A DNA stretch of 64,000 nucleotides, from assembly GCF_009914755.1 (NCBI RefSeq), contig NC_060937.1; one strand, given 5' to 3'. The notes beneath the pieces were generated by a model, which did no database searches, was not told the DNA's origin, and saw only the letters and a program-made list of their open reading frames with translations. Numbering within the stretch: position 1 is the first letter of the stretch; every line of letters starts with the position of its first letter. The DNA is from the human T2T-CHM13v2.0 reference genome, Homo sapiens. The position numbers were made by a program, and so were the translations under genes. Positions 28,450-42,092 of the stretch are shown in pieces.

Positions 28450-29949
28450 ATTATTGTCATATTTTAACAAATTGCCACAGCCACCCCCGCCTTCAGCAAC
28501 CACCACCACCACCCTCATCAACATCAAGGCAAGACCCTCCACCAGCAAAAAGATTATGACTTGCTAAAGGCTTAGATGATTATTAGCATTTTAAGCGATA
28601 AACTATTAACTAAGGTACATACTTTTTTAAAGACATAATGCCATTGCACACTTGTTAGACTACAGTATAATGTAAACATAACTTTTCTTGGCACTGGGAA
28701 ACCAAAAAACTTGTGTGAATCACTTTATTTCAATATTAACTTTATTACAGTGGTCTGGAATGGAATCCGCAATATCTCTGAGTATGCATGTATATATAAT
28801 TAAGTCCTGAATATAAATATAAATATGTCTATATGGAGACACAGAAAGGAAAAATAGCTGCCTTAGGATCATTTCCATCATTGTGTTATCACCATAAGCC
28901 ACCAATGTATGTATTGAGCACGTAATCTGTTTCAGGCATACATAATCTGCGTCCTCCACTTTTTCGGCACTGTCATGGTTATTGGACATTGGGGTGCAGT
29001 ACTTAGGAAGAACCAGCAGTGTAGGGATTTAGTTCCCATTGTCCCACGGCTGAGATCCTTGCCTGGAGTTACTGACTCCCAGGCTGAAGCAACTGAAGCT
29101 CTCAGTTTCATGTGGTACATGAGATCCCAAGATGGCAGACACAAGCAAACCATCTTCAATGTCTGACATGAGATGTATGAAGATCAAATAAGGTTCCTTA
29201 TTTTAAAATGCCTGTTGTAAACCTATTGAGACTCATTTGTTCTTATATCAAAATGACTCTAAAGATACTGAGATAAATGGCTAGCATAGAGTAGAAGGAA
29301 AGCATAATATTGAGAACAATGTCCAAAGGGCTGGAATCAAAGCCAGAAAATATTGAGAGAGTCTAAAGGCATTAAGGATCCCATTTTGTAAGGGGTGAAG
29401 ATTTAGGCCCTTCTGGATAGAAGAATTCCTGTTTTATTGTTGAAGATCTTGGAGGAAGAGAACTCCCCTTTCCCAATGCAGGAAACCTTCCTTTGTCCCT
29501 GTCTCATGCCTCAAGATTATTATTGGGAAGCTTTTTCTCAAATCTAAATGCCACCCCTTACTCTGGTATTAACCGATTTACACCCTGTAAAAGAGATGGG
29601 AAATAGAATTAGTCTTCCTCTGTGATGTAATAACTTCTCACCCGCAAGAAGAACACAGGGCATTCCAAGTGAAGCAGCCCCAGTTATTTCACGTTTTCAT
29701 CACAGATCCTATCTCCAAGTCCTTCCATCAGCTTCAGTGATGGATCGTGGTGGGCAGGACCTGGAGGAACAGTCCTGTCTCAGCCAGGAGAAGACCGATG
29801 GATTGCTGTCAGCCCCATAGTAGGGTTAATTCCCTCTGACACTGCCTCCCCTTGGAAGAGCCTGGGGTGGGTGGCTGTCCATTAGCTGAAACTAAATCAG
29901 ACTCCCACTCAGGAGGAGAAGATGATGTAAATAGCAAAAGGCGGTAATT

Positions 29950-30225
29950 AATGGCAGTAAATAAAGGGAGGTCCAATGTGGAAAAAATGCAAGCTATTAC
30001 ACCAAGGAGGACAAGAATCCCAAACATAGTTATTAACGGTAAGGAGATAAAGTATTTGGAAAATACAAACGCTGAAAGAGACCTCAGGGGAATGAAAACG
30101 GCCAACAAATTATATGTGAGCTTGCAACGTGATACAGCCGAAACAACCACACGAAACACAAATAATTCTGAATTGCATAGTTGAGGTATCAAGTCATGGA
30201 CTGAGGAAGCAAGCGATCTCCCCAC
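29950..30225 (+). mobile_element. Ancient CR1/L3-clade LINE fragment (RT C-terminal region)
   Basis: Frame-shifted translation NKGRSNVEK(C)K..ENTNAERDLRG..NKLYVSLQRDTA resembles CR1 ORF2 NKMKFNxxKCK..ERDLGVxVDxKLNMSQQCDAAA. Confidence 0.6.
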
Positions 30226-31399
30226 AAGCCCCCAGAGACCACAGCCAGGGCCTTCGGACAGCAGAGAGGTTTAGATGCACTGGAGGGGCCTGGAAAGAAA
30301 GCAACCGCAAAGGGCCAGGCGCAGGAGGGCTGGACTGAGCAGAACCAGAAGAACTTGTGCAAGCGGTGACTAAGAGCCGTGGCCACTGCCCAGGCCAGCA
30401 GCCAGACACAGCGGCCAGCAGCTGGACATAGAGGCCGTAACTGAGGGTGCTGGGCCATGGCTGTGGGGACACCTGGGAGCCTCAGGGCCATCAAGATGGC
30501 CCTCACAGCACAGCAGGTGCCCTGGCAGGCATGCAGCATTGCGATCTGGAACAGGATCTGCACAGCAGGGCGCTCATAAGCCCCTAAGAGCTCCAGGTGT
30601 GTTCAGTGAGAGAGGGACTGGGGTTCTGTGCAGGGCTTTCCAGACTGTCACTGTCAGGACGCCACCTCTGAGAGGAGAGGCTGAGCCGCTCAAGGACTGC
30701 ACAGCCTGTGCCCACTCGCACACCCGGACCCCGACTTTTGTGAGGGCTTCATGATACAGACTGTTCCTCACTTGGAGTCCACCCTCAGCCCCGCACCCTG
30801 CTCAGGCCTGGTCTTTCTATAATTTCCTGTGATCCGCTTTCTGCCCATGTTTTCGAAATAGCCAAGAGAAGTGCCTAAAGCAGTGGTGGGCAGAAGGGAC
30901 CACAGACAGCGCAGAGGGTGGGGAGCTCAGGGAGGCCCGGCTTATGGGGGCCCAGGCAGCTCAGGCACAAGAGCCACTGCCCTGAGCACCCATGAAAAAC
31001 AGGTCCCTCTCCCTGCCCCGCCCCTGCTGCCAGGGCTTGTACTGTGCAAGCCACTCTTTCATGCTTTCAGCAAATACTTCTTGAGCTCCTGCATGCCTAG
31101 CCTGTGCTAGATGCTTAAAATGCGAACAATGGAAAGCAGGAGCCTCAGCGGGGCCACAGGAACAAGGGGATGGAGGTGAACGTCGAGGTTCCAGCGCCAA
31201 GAGGTGAGTGCGAGAACTTGGAGGTACAGGGAAGCCGCCGGCCCAAGCCTGCAGGGGAGACTCGAATAGAGCAAGCAATGTGAAGGTTCTTGCAGAAGGA
31301 GTGGACTCTACCCAGCAGAGGAAGGGGTGAGGTCCGCCAAGGCAGAGAGGGCAGCTCTCCGAAGGTGTGAAGTATAACATCCGAATGAAAAGTGGGGAG

Positions 31400-31720
31400 G
31401 CTGGAGTCACACTGGCTGTGTGGCCCCCAGCAAGCTGCTTAACTTCTCTGTGCCTAAGCATCACATCTATGAAATATGGATTACAAATAGGCTGGACCCA
31501 GTGGCTCTCAGCTGTAATTACAGTGGAGGATTGCTTGAGGCCAGGAATTCTAGACTAGCCTGGGCAATAGAGCCAGACACCATCTCTACAAAAGTAAAAA
31601 TTAAAAAGTAGCTGGGCATGGTGGTGCCCCTCTGTAGCCCCAGTCGCTCATGAGGCTTATGTGTGTTAGTGTACGTAGAACCCTTAGAACCCTGTCTGAC
31701 ACACACAAAAGAACTCATTA
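31400..31720 (+). mobile_element. MIR interrupted by a partial AluJ (31490-31660)
   Basis: CTGCTTAACTTCTCTGTGCCT..CATCTATGAAAT MIR core; Alu left arm. Confidence 0.7.
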
Positions 31721-32439
31721 AATATGAGCGATTGTTTTTTCTACAATGCTGGGAGAATCTGGACAAATCCGGTCTGAATGGGCAGGGCCAGGCATCAGGA
31801 AGCTCAGCAGCAGGCGCGGGAGCAGGACTGACCCACGGTGAGGCCAGCCCAGGGCACAGAGAGGCACAAGGCCCTGGGACTTTTGGAGAGTGAGATGAGA
31901 AATAACTTTCTCATTCTTGTTTCACAGATTAAAAGATATATTACATTTTTTTCATTGTTTTCATTCAAATCATTTTCTAATTACATGACCTAGAAAACTA
32001 AAATTAAAACACACTGGCATTTTTATATTGCATAATTCAAGAGCTGTAGGAAGCTATTGCTTAAACGTGTATTTACTTGTGGCCAAAAGAAAAAACAAAA
32101 AACAAATGTCCTATTTTAATGATTTGGCTCACAAAATGCATTGTGCTCGGGGAGCTTGAGAACAAAAAGTGAGCTCTACGAAAACAGGCTACCCAAAAAG
32201 GTGAAAGCCAAAAGAGTTGACACTTAAAGCGAATGAAGTCCTTTACCTGAATGAATTGGACCAGCTGTCCAACCACTCTTTCAGGCTCTCGCCCTAGAGG
32301 ACACGGGGAAGGGAACCTTAGGGCTTAGGGAGAAGCGGATGCCCAGAGGACGCCTGGGGTTAGAAAGTCCAGAATCCTACCTCGGGACAAGTCTTCACAA
32401 ATCTCTTAGGTAGGGAAAGAGCCACTGATTTTTTTTTTT

Positions 32440-33115
32440 CAATTTTTTAAATTGTGGCAACATACACATGAAACTTACGATCCCAACCATTCTGAGGTGC
32501 GCAGCTCAGCGTTATTACCCACTCTCATGATGCCAAGCAGCGAGCACCACCTTCCAGCTCCACAACTCTTGACCCCTTGGAAAACTGAAACTCTATACTT
32601 ACTAAGTCCTAACTCAGAAGCCACTGACTTTTAAATTAATTTATAATACATTCACCCATGCTTCTTGAAAATATATGCATCCTTTCCCCCAAGGAATTGT
32701 TTTTTTTTTACTTGAAGTTCTGGGATACACGTGCAGACATGCAAGTTTGTTACCTAGGTTTTAAGGCCTGCATGCATTACGTATTTGTCCTAATGCTCTC
32801 CCTCCCCTTGCCCCCACCCCTCCCACCCCAAGGATTTTAAAAAACATTTGAAAAACATGTTTAAAAACTGATACATAATAATTGTACACGTCTATGGGGT
32901 ATATTGAGTGAGTTTTGATGCATACTGTGCATAGTGATCAAGTCAGGGTAATTAGCTTACCCATCACCTCAAATAGTGATCATGTGTTTGGGTTGGAAAC
33001 ATTCAAAATCCCACCCTACAGTGCTGTAGAACACTAGAAATTATTCCTCCTATCTAGCTGTAATTTTGTATACTTTAATCAGTCCCTCCCTCTCCTTCTC
33101 CCTCCTCCACTTCCC
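32440..33115 (-). mobile_element. Cluster of L1 3'-end fragments (L1PA/L1MA-like)
   Basis: AGTTCTGGGATACACGTGCAG..GTTTGTTAC; ATAATTGTACACGTCTATGGGG..ATTCCTCCTATCTAGCTGTAATTTTGTA. Confidence 0.7.
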
Positions 33116-35331
33116 AGCAAATGCTACTTTTTGTGGCTAGGGGGTTGAAGGTGCAGGCCTCTGGCTGCCGGCCCTGGTGGAGGGGACCCGCTCCTCCCTC
33201 CTGCGGCTCTTCTATGAAGGAGCGAGGTAGCAGCTGAGTCCAGTCACCGTCAGCCCACAGGTATCGGTGAGCAGGGCTCCTGGGTGTTCGAAGGTCTCTG
33301 TTTTTCACCTTCCTTCTTCTTCCTGTTTTTTATCTTCCTGTTTTTTACTTTCCGTCCTGCTCCATGTGGTGACCCCTGGGTGGGCCTGGCCAGCTCTCTT
33401 CACTCCACTGTCAAAAACGTGAGGACACTCATCTCCCCCGTGCATCCAGCCAGGGAAGACCACAGGAGCTAGGAGGACCCATCAAGCCACGGGCCTCAGC
33501 CACGCGTTTCAGGCTGGTTTCCACAATGCTTTGCACGCCCGCGAAAAATAACATACTGTTTGGTTTCCCTGGCCATAGTATTTGGGTAGAGGCCTCCTGC
33601 CTGGAGTTCCTGCCCAGAGACAGCAGCATCAAAGCCAGATCCCATAGCCCTGTGTCCATGGCTGGAATAGCCTCTCACACCGTCAGAACCACTAAAGATG
33701 AGCACACCTAGGTCCCCATCACGGCTGGCCCCTGCAGCCCTGGACAGTGCCCCTTCCCTGTCACCTAAGTGCTGATGATGGGGCCATGACAGAGAGCTCT
33801 CACCACAGCCCAGGACAGCTTCTGCGCAAAGCCTGCTAAGCGCTCTTCGTGGTTAACACACAAGAAGTGATTCTGTCCTATCAATGCCTACATGGCCACT
33901 CACAGGATTAATGTGACTTCCCTCGGACCTCTCCTCTACCACTTTCCATGCAGGCTTTGTACAAATTATAAGCCACTTTATCAGAGGATGCTTGTGAGTT
34001 CTTAAAGCCTCTGAAAATGCTGAGGTTTGGGGAGTGACCCCACAAGGGCAGGAGGTCTCTGCATGGTCGATAATCAGGTTGGTGATTTCCAGGCAAAATG
34101 CTGGATGCCTTAAAGGTAGGATGACAATGGGGGAGGATTCCTCTTCTGGCTGCAGCAAACAAAATGTAAAGAGTAAAAAAAAAAAGGCTCAGGAGTCAGG
34201 AAATTCTATACTGATTTCAACAGCAGTGCTCCCTCTGCCCACACATTCCCACTCAGCATCCAGTGACAGGCTGGAGGTCTTGCCAAAGGCCATTTGAAAG
34301 AGAGTGGTTTGCTCTGTGCTCACTGGAACTGCAAGTTTGCAAATCAAAAGGCTTTGATAAATATTTGACAATGCAGCTTCTGCTGAACCCTCTCCCCCAT
34401 CTTCCTGGATAAAGTGCAGGGCCCCGGGACTCCCTGGATGGATGGCGCAGCTCAGTTCCACACTGGCCCAGATACAGGCCAGTGGTGACATGGCCAGGGC
34501 CCCCACCAACCTCCACTCCCTGAGATCCCAGAGGACTGGAAGATTCTTCCCAATACCCCACTCAGCTAGTGTGTGATACTCCATGTGCTAGGGACACAGG
34601 GAGGGGTAAAACGGGACTTTGCCATCAAGGGGCTTCTAAAACAGAAAAAATAGGTTAGATAATTTCCAGTCCCCTGTGAGTGCTATGGAGGAAACAGCAG
34701 AGGGGCACAGGAGGCCACGTGGGGTGGGTGGGCAGTGGCAGTGAGGCCTGGAGTGGAGCTGCTGGGCTTGAGTGGACCGCACATGGAGGAAGCAGTCACA
34801 CACATCCGTGGTGAGATTTGGGTGGAGGAAAAGCAGGTCCAATTCCCAGGATGGGATGTGGTGGAGCCTCAGGGGCCAAGCACAAGATGGTGAGAGGTGG
34901 TGCTGAAAAGCAGGTGTTCTGTGGGGCCACGGAGGCCTGGTCATGAGTTTGGATTTGACTCTGGCCTTGCTCCAGGTCCCCACAACCAGGCTTCAAGTAG
35001 GTGCAAATTGTTATGTCTCATTTTACGGATGAGGGAGACCAGTGGACAGAGACAGGAAGTAAATTGCTATTAGCCACGTATCTCACTGAGTCAGAATTCG
35101 AACCTAGGTCCACCTAATCACTGCCTGTTCTTGCCACTATGCTGCACTGGAAATTCCTAATAGAACATTCACTTCAGTGGTCAAACAGCCCTGGCAGATG
35201 TTAGCCCTGTTGTAACGTAACAATGCCAGAAGGGCAGGTGAAGCTGGAGTGGGGGTGTCGGGTAGGATGAAGTCAGGGGGATGCTTCAAGGGGCTTCAAC
35301 CCGAATTGGGGTGCAAAAGATGGCAGGGAAT

Positions 35332-35533
35332 CACGGCGTGCTGGTAAATGTGCAACAACCAGGTTTTGGGGATGCAAGGCCCGGACTTACAGCATTTGCC
35401 GACTTCCGTGGTGTAAACACTCCCACTGTGGCTAATTTTAAGTACCAAAGTGATGTTACTGATGCAGAAGAGGCAAGAGATGCACACAATTGGCTCTTGT
35501 GGGCTGGTCCAAGCCGGCTCCAGCACACCTCTG
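35332..35533 (-). mobile_element. MER63A-like hAT MITE
   Basis: Terminal inverted repeats ..GTGCTGG / CCAGCACACCTCTG; internal GGTGTAAACACTCCCAC. Confidence 0.75.
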
Positions 35534-35562
35534 GGAGAGGATGTGCCTTTATCAGAGGCTGA

Positions 35563-35890
<328 letters not shown>

Positions 35891-36467
35891 CTGGTGTTTA
35901 TTAGCTGTATGATCTTAGACAAGTAACCTAACTTCTCTGTGCTTCAGTTTACCCCCTTGCAAAATGGAAATAACGACAGTACCTACCCTAATAGGGTGGT
36001 TATGAGAATTAAGAGAGTTTATATTTATAAAGTGTGTTTGGAAAACACACAGAATCTAGTAAATTCTATTTAAATATTTTCTAATAAAATACAGAAGGGG
36101 AGCACAGTGATCAAATTAACTTTATGGTACTGAACAGGTGTTTGTGTTATAAAGGAAGCAGAATGTCAGGCAATAGTAAAAAATAGTAAAAAAAAAAAAA
36201 GTACATAAATAATAAATGAATGAATAAAATAAATAAAGAGTAAAAAAAAAATCCTTTGTTTTGTGCTCTTTAAAATATATTGTCAGTATTCAGCAGAGTC
36301 TGGTGCTTGAAGACATTATCTACTGCCCTCTACAGTTCGGGCTCCTTTTCCCACCTCAGGGCCTTTGGACATGAAGCTTCCTCTGCTCTTTCCCCAGACA
36401 CCAAAATGGCTCTTTCCTTGGCCTCTTTCAAGTCACCTTCCCAGTGAGCTCACCGCTGACCACCCTA

Positions 36468-36850
<383 letters not shown>

Positions 36851-37161
36851 AAGCAGTTACCTTTTCATCTAGTTTATGTAGCATCTTTGTTTTTTGTCAT
36901 TCGCAGTATGCTGGAATGTAAATGCCATGAGGCTAGAGAGTTTTGACAGTTTTGTTCACTGCTGTATCCCTAGCTCCTAAAATGTAGCAAATGCACAGTA
37001 AGTGCTTAATAAGTTTATGAAATGAATATAGGAATATGTTGCTCTGAGTTCAAGGAAATTTTCAGAAACATTAACTTCATAATAATCATACCAAACTGCA
37101 CTAAAGCTTCAGCTACAAATGTTAGCAGTCTTTTAATGCAAATATCCAGGTGAGACAATAA

Positions 37162-37519
<358 letters not shown>

Positions 37520-37654
37520 GTGTGTAGTTATAATACTTCTTTGAACATTTATTTTATAGAGTTTTCTTCATGCTTCATATCCCTCCCACTGAACCTGGAC
37601 ATGAATTACTGGGTACCAATGAACCAGGCACTGAGTAAATATATTTTCTTGAAT

Positions 37655-38405
37655 CTTTGTTGACTCCATGTCTTGAATCCTGGGCACACTGGGGCAGGAG
37701 TTCGACACCCAAGGCCTTGGGTAGCTGGCCCTGTGGCTTTGCTGGGTTCAGTCCACTGAGCAGTTATCATGAGTTGGATTCTAACGCCTGTAGCCTTCCT
37801 AGGCTGAAATTGTACACTGGTGGCTCTACACTTCTGGGGTCTTGGTGGTGGTCCCACTCCCACAGCTTCCCTAGGCATTACTCTAGTGAGGACTTTCTGT
37901 GACAGCTCCACCCCTGTGGCAGGTTTCTGCTTGGGCACCAGAGAATATTTGAAAAATTATTTGAAATCCAGGTGGAGGTAGGCATGCCCCCATAGCTCTT
38001 GCATTCTGTGTGGCTGCAGAATTAACACCACACGAATGTTACCAAAGCTTACTACTTGCACCTTCCTGAGTGGCAGATTGAACCACATCTGAGTCTATTA
38101 ATAGCTGAGCCATAGCTGGGGCAATCCACAGGCACTTTGGCAGAATGTGGGAAACAGGGACCAAGGCAGCTCTAGGCAGCAAGCCTCTGGAGGGCACCCC
38201 AGGCCCATCCTCTGAAATCATTCTGCCCTCCTAGATCTCTGGGGCTGTGATGGGTGGGGAAGACTCAAAGATCTCTGGAATGTATTCAGGATCTTTCTCC
38301 CATTATCTTGAATAGCATCTGGTTCCCTTCTATCCAGGGTAATCTCTTTAGCAAATGGTCACTTGACCACACCCTTGGTATTCTCTCTCAAACATGCTTT
38401 TTCAC
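37655..38405 (-). mobile_element. MaLR internal sequence fragment (MST/MLT1-int-like)
   Basis: TTGACTCCATGTC..CCCAAGGCCTTGGG..GGCTCTACACTTCTGGGGTC; minus ORF MPKQKPATGVELSQ.. resembles the MaLR-int ORF. Confidence 0.75.
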
Positions 38406-38409
38406 ACTT

Positions 38410-38418
38410 TATATGGCC

Positions 38419-38449
<31 letters not shown>

Positions 38450-38912
38450 GACATATATATGTATATATGTATATACATACGTGTGTATATATGTATATAC
38501 ATACATGTGTGTATATATGCATATACATACATGTGTGTATATGCACGTACATATGTACATATGTATATACATGTGTGAGCGTATATACATACATGTGTGT
38601 ATACACATACACGTGTGTATATATGTATATACATACACTTGTGTATATACACATACACGTGTATGTGTATATACACACACGTGTGTGTATATACATGCAT
38701 GTGTGTATATACATGCAGTGTGTATATATACACATGCATGTGTATATATACATATGTGTATATATGTATATACATATATGTGTATATGTGTGTATATATC
38801 TATATACATATGTGTGTATGTGTATATATCTATATACATATGTGTGTATACGTATATACATGTGTGTATATATGTATATGCATGTATTTGTGTATATATA
38901 TGTATATATATG
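38410..38912. repeat. ~500-bp compound (TA/TG/CA)n alternating purine-pyrimidine microsatellite
   Basis: Near-continuous RY alternation (TATATG/TACACA/TGTGTA units). Confidence 0.95.
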
Positions 38913-40026
38913 ATTTACAGACAGGTTTCCATGGCAAACAAGAGCAGATGAAACAAGTCCAAGAGAAATGTAAACAGAAAAGACAAGTCTCAGCCAATCT
39001 CTGATGAAACAGGAATACAAACTACCCAAAGGCAACTATTTCAATCATCACAACTAAAATCCCTGAAACATGATGAGAACTACCAACTGAATTAAGACAG
39101 TGCACTTTTTTATGAATGTAATAGTCACAGGTTCATGAGACTCTAATGACACAAGGGCAGTCACTTTCTACATACAAATGTATCTCCTTGTTTAATGGTC
39201 TAGACAAGTGTTACTGCTTTAATTCATGGCCTTACAAAAAAAATTTGTATATCTTCTTCTGAATCTTGACATTTTCTGTAACCTTGGTAGCTAAGTGCTG
39301 ACAATTATCTAAATGCAAACAGTTGTTGCAAAAGGATGAAATTAGTAATGATGGGTCCACTGCAGAGAGGCAAAATATAGGTTCATGAAGATTCACAACA
39401 GCAATAGGTCTAAAGCTGCCAGTCCCTTTCATGTAAAAAGACAGAAACACACACACAGACACATATATTCATACACATTAACAGACAGTGCAGACATGAA
39501 AGAGGTTATTTTCATTCATCCACAGCAAAGGCAGAGCTCTGACTTTTCCTGGTGCACAGCAGTCAATAAATGCTCACTGAATGGAAAAATAGTGCCAAAT
39601 CCAAAGTTACAAAACCTATTGATGTTTAGTAGTGATTATGCCAATAAAACTGCATCATTTCGACTGAAGGGAATATGGGTGAGTTTTTCTACCATTCTTA
39701 GTAATGAGAAGCCATTCTGGGTATCTTAGTGCTAGAATTAGAATAATTTCTTGTTTCACAATTTCCTGTCTCTCAATAATTCCTCCTTTCCCAATCAATC
39801 TACGAAGATAAATTCAGGTCATTTAGGGTCCTACAAGACTGTTACAGGAAAGCATAAATATACTCCAATGTATGTATACCATCATAATTTGAATATATAT
39901 AGAAAAAACAAAATTTGATAGTCCCCCTCTGGCTTGGCTTTCCCCATGCCTCTCATTAGTCATAATTGAATAGTCATTTTATTTATAGCCATAGACTTAG
40001 CAAAGACGTCAAAGTGAAACAAATCT

Positions 40027-40304
40027 AGTCAGGTGTGGTGGCTTAGGCCTGAAATCCCAGGCACCTTGGAGGCTGAGCTAGAAGGATTGCTTGGGCCCAG
40101 GAGTTCGAGACCAGCCTGGACAATATAGCAAGACCTGTCTCTAACAAAAAAATAAAATATTAGCCAGGTTTGATGACTCACAAATGTAGTTCTATCTACT
40201 CAGAAGGCTGAGATGGGAGGAAAAGTTGAGCCAAGGAATTCGAGGCTTCAGTGAGGTATGATTTCACCACTTTATTCCAGTTTAGGTTACAGAGGAAGAC
40301 CTTG

Positions 40305-40344
<40 letters not shown>

Positions 40345-40643
40345 AGGCCAGGCATGGTGGCTCACACCTGTAATCCCAGCACTTTGGGAGGCTGAGGTGG
40401 ATGGATCACTGGACATCAGGAGTTTGAAACCAGCCTGGCCAACATGGTGAAACCCTGCATCCCCAAAACACAAAAAGAAGCCAGGCCACCATGATGGCGG
40501 TGTAATCCCAGCTACTTGGGAGGCTGAGGAAGGAGAATCGCTTGAACCTGAGGGGGTGGGGTTGGGGGTGGAGGCTGCAATGAGCTAAGATAGCACCACT
40601 GCACTCCAGCCTGGGCAACAAAGTGAGACTCCATTTTAAAAAA
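40027..40643 (+). mobile_element. Two tandem Alus (AluJ 40027-40341 with long A-tail; AluS 40346-40643)
   Basis: Two head-to-tail dimers. Confidence 0.9.
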
Positions 40644-40644
40644 A

Positions 40645-41491
40645 ACACATACAATCATTTCAGTAGATGATGAAAACAATAAAATTCAACATACCTTTAT
40701 GATAAAAACTCAACAAAATGTGCAAGAAGGAACATATCTCAGCATAATAAAGGCCATATATGATAAACCCACAGCTAACATCATGATCAATGCAGAAAGG
40801 TTAAAAGCTCTTCCTCTAAGATCCGGAATAAGTGTGGTTACTTTTGCCACTTTTATTCATCATAGTACTGGAAGTCCTAGCTACAGCAATTAGACAGGAA
40901 AATGCAATAAAAGGCATCCAAATTGGAAGAAAAGGAAGTCAAATTGTCTCTGTTTGCAGCTGATATGATCATATATAAAGAACCCTAAAAATTCCACCAA
41001 AAAACCTACTAGATAAATTTAGTAAAGTTGCAAGATACAATATCAACATACAAAAATGAGTAGCACACCCATGCACCAACAGTGAAATACCTATGAAAGA
41101 AATCAAGAAAGCTATTTCATTACAAAAAAATGATACCTAGGGACAAACAACCAAAAAGGTGAAAGATCCCACAATGAAAACCATAAAACATAGATGAAAG
41201 ATATTAAAGCAGACACAAGTAAATGGAAAGATATCCCATGTTCATGCACTAGAAGAATATTGTTAAAATACCTATATCACCCAGTGTGATCTACAGGATC
41301 AATGCAACCCATGTTAAATTACAAAAGACATTCTTCACAGAAATAGAAAAAAAACCTAAAATTCACACAGAAATGCAACATACCTCAGAGAGATAAAAGA
41401 ATCTTGAATAAAAAGAAAAAAGCTGGAGGCATCACACTACCTGATTTCAAAATATACTACAAATGTATAGTAACCAAAACAGCATGGTACT

Positions 41492-41526
<35 letters not shown>

Positions 41527-42092
41527 TGAGGGAGCAACAGACAGACATAGACAAATGACAGACAGACAACAGAATAGAGAACTCAAAAATAAATTCACAC
41601 ATTTACAGTCAACTCATTTTTAACAAAGGCACCAGGAACACACATTTGGGAAGGACAATCTCTTCAATAAACTGTGCTAGGAAAACCCAACACCCACATG
41701 TACAAGAATCAATCTAGACTGTTATCTTACCATATACAAAAATCAACTCAAAATAAAGATAATTTCAGTGTAGGCCCTGAAACTATGAGACTACTAGAAA
41801 ATAAAAAATAAGATAAATGCTTCATGAAATTGATTAGGACAAGGAATTTTTAAATAGACATCAAAAGCACAAGCAACAAAAGCAAAAATAGACAAATGGA
41901 ATTGCATTAAACTTAGAAGCTTCTGCAAAGCAGAGGAAGCAATCAGTAGAATGAAGAAACAATCTAGAGAATGGAAGAAAGTATTTGCAAGCTATGCATC
42001 AGGCAAGGGGTTAATACACACAATAGATAAAGAACACAAACTACTCAAAAGCAAAAATACATATAACCCGATTTAAAAATCAGAAAAAGATC
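40645..42092 (+). mobile_element. L1 ORF2 fragment (RT C-terminal half), 3'-truncated at the CT-rich repeat
   Basis: ..AAGGCCATATATGATAAACCCACAGCTAACATC.., CTGTTTGCAGCTGATATGATC (degenerate FADD), GGAGGCATCACACTACCTGATTTCAAAATATACTAC. Confidence 0.9.

Noticed and set aside
38254-39035. Overlapping 135-219 aa ORFs rich in Y/I/C/V/H/T
   Set aside because: Translation of the (TA/TG/CA)n microsatellite
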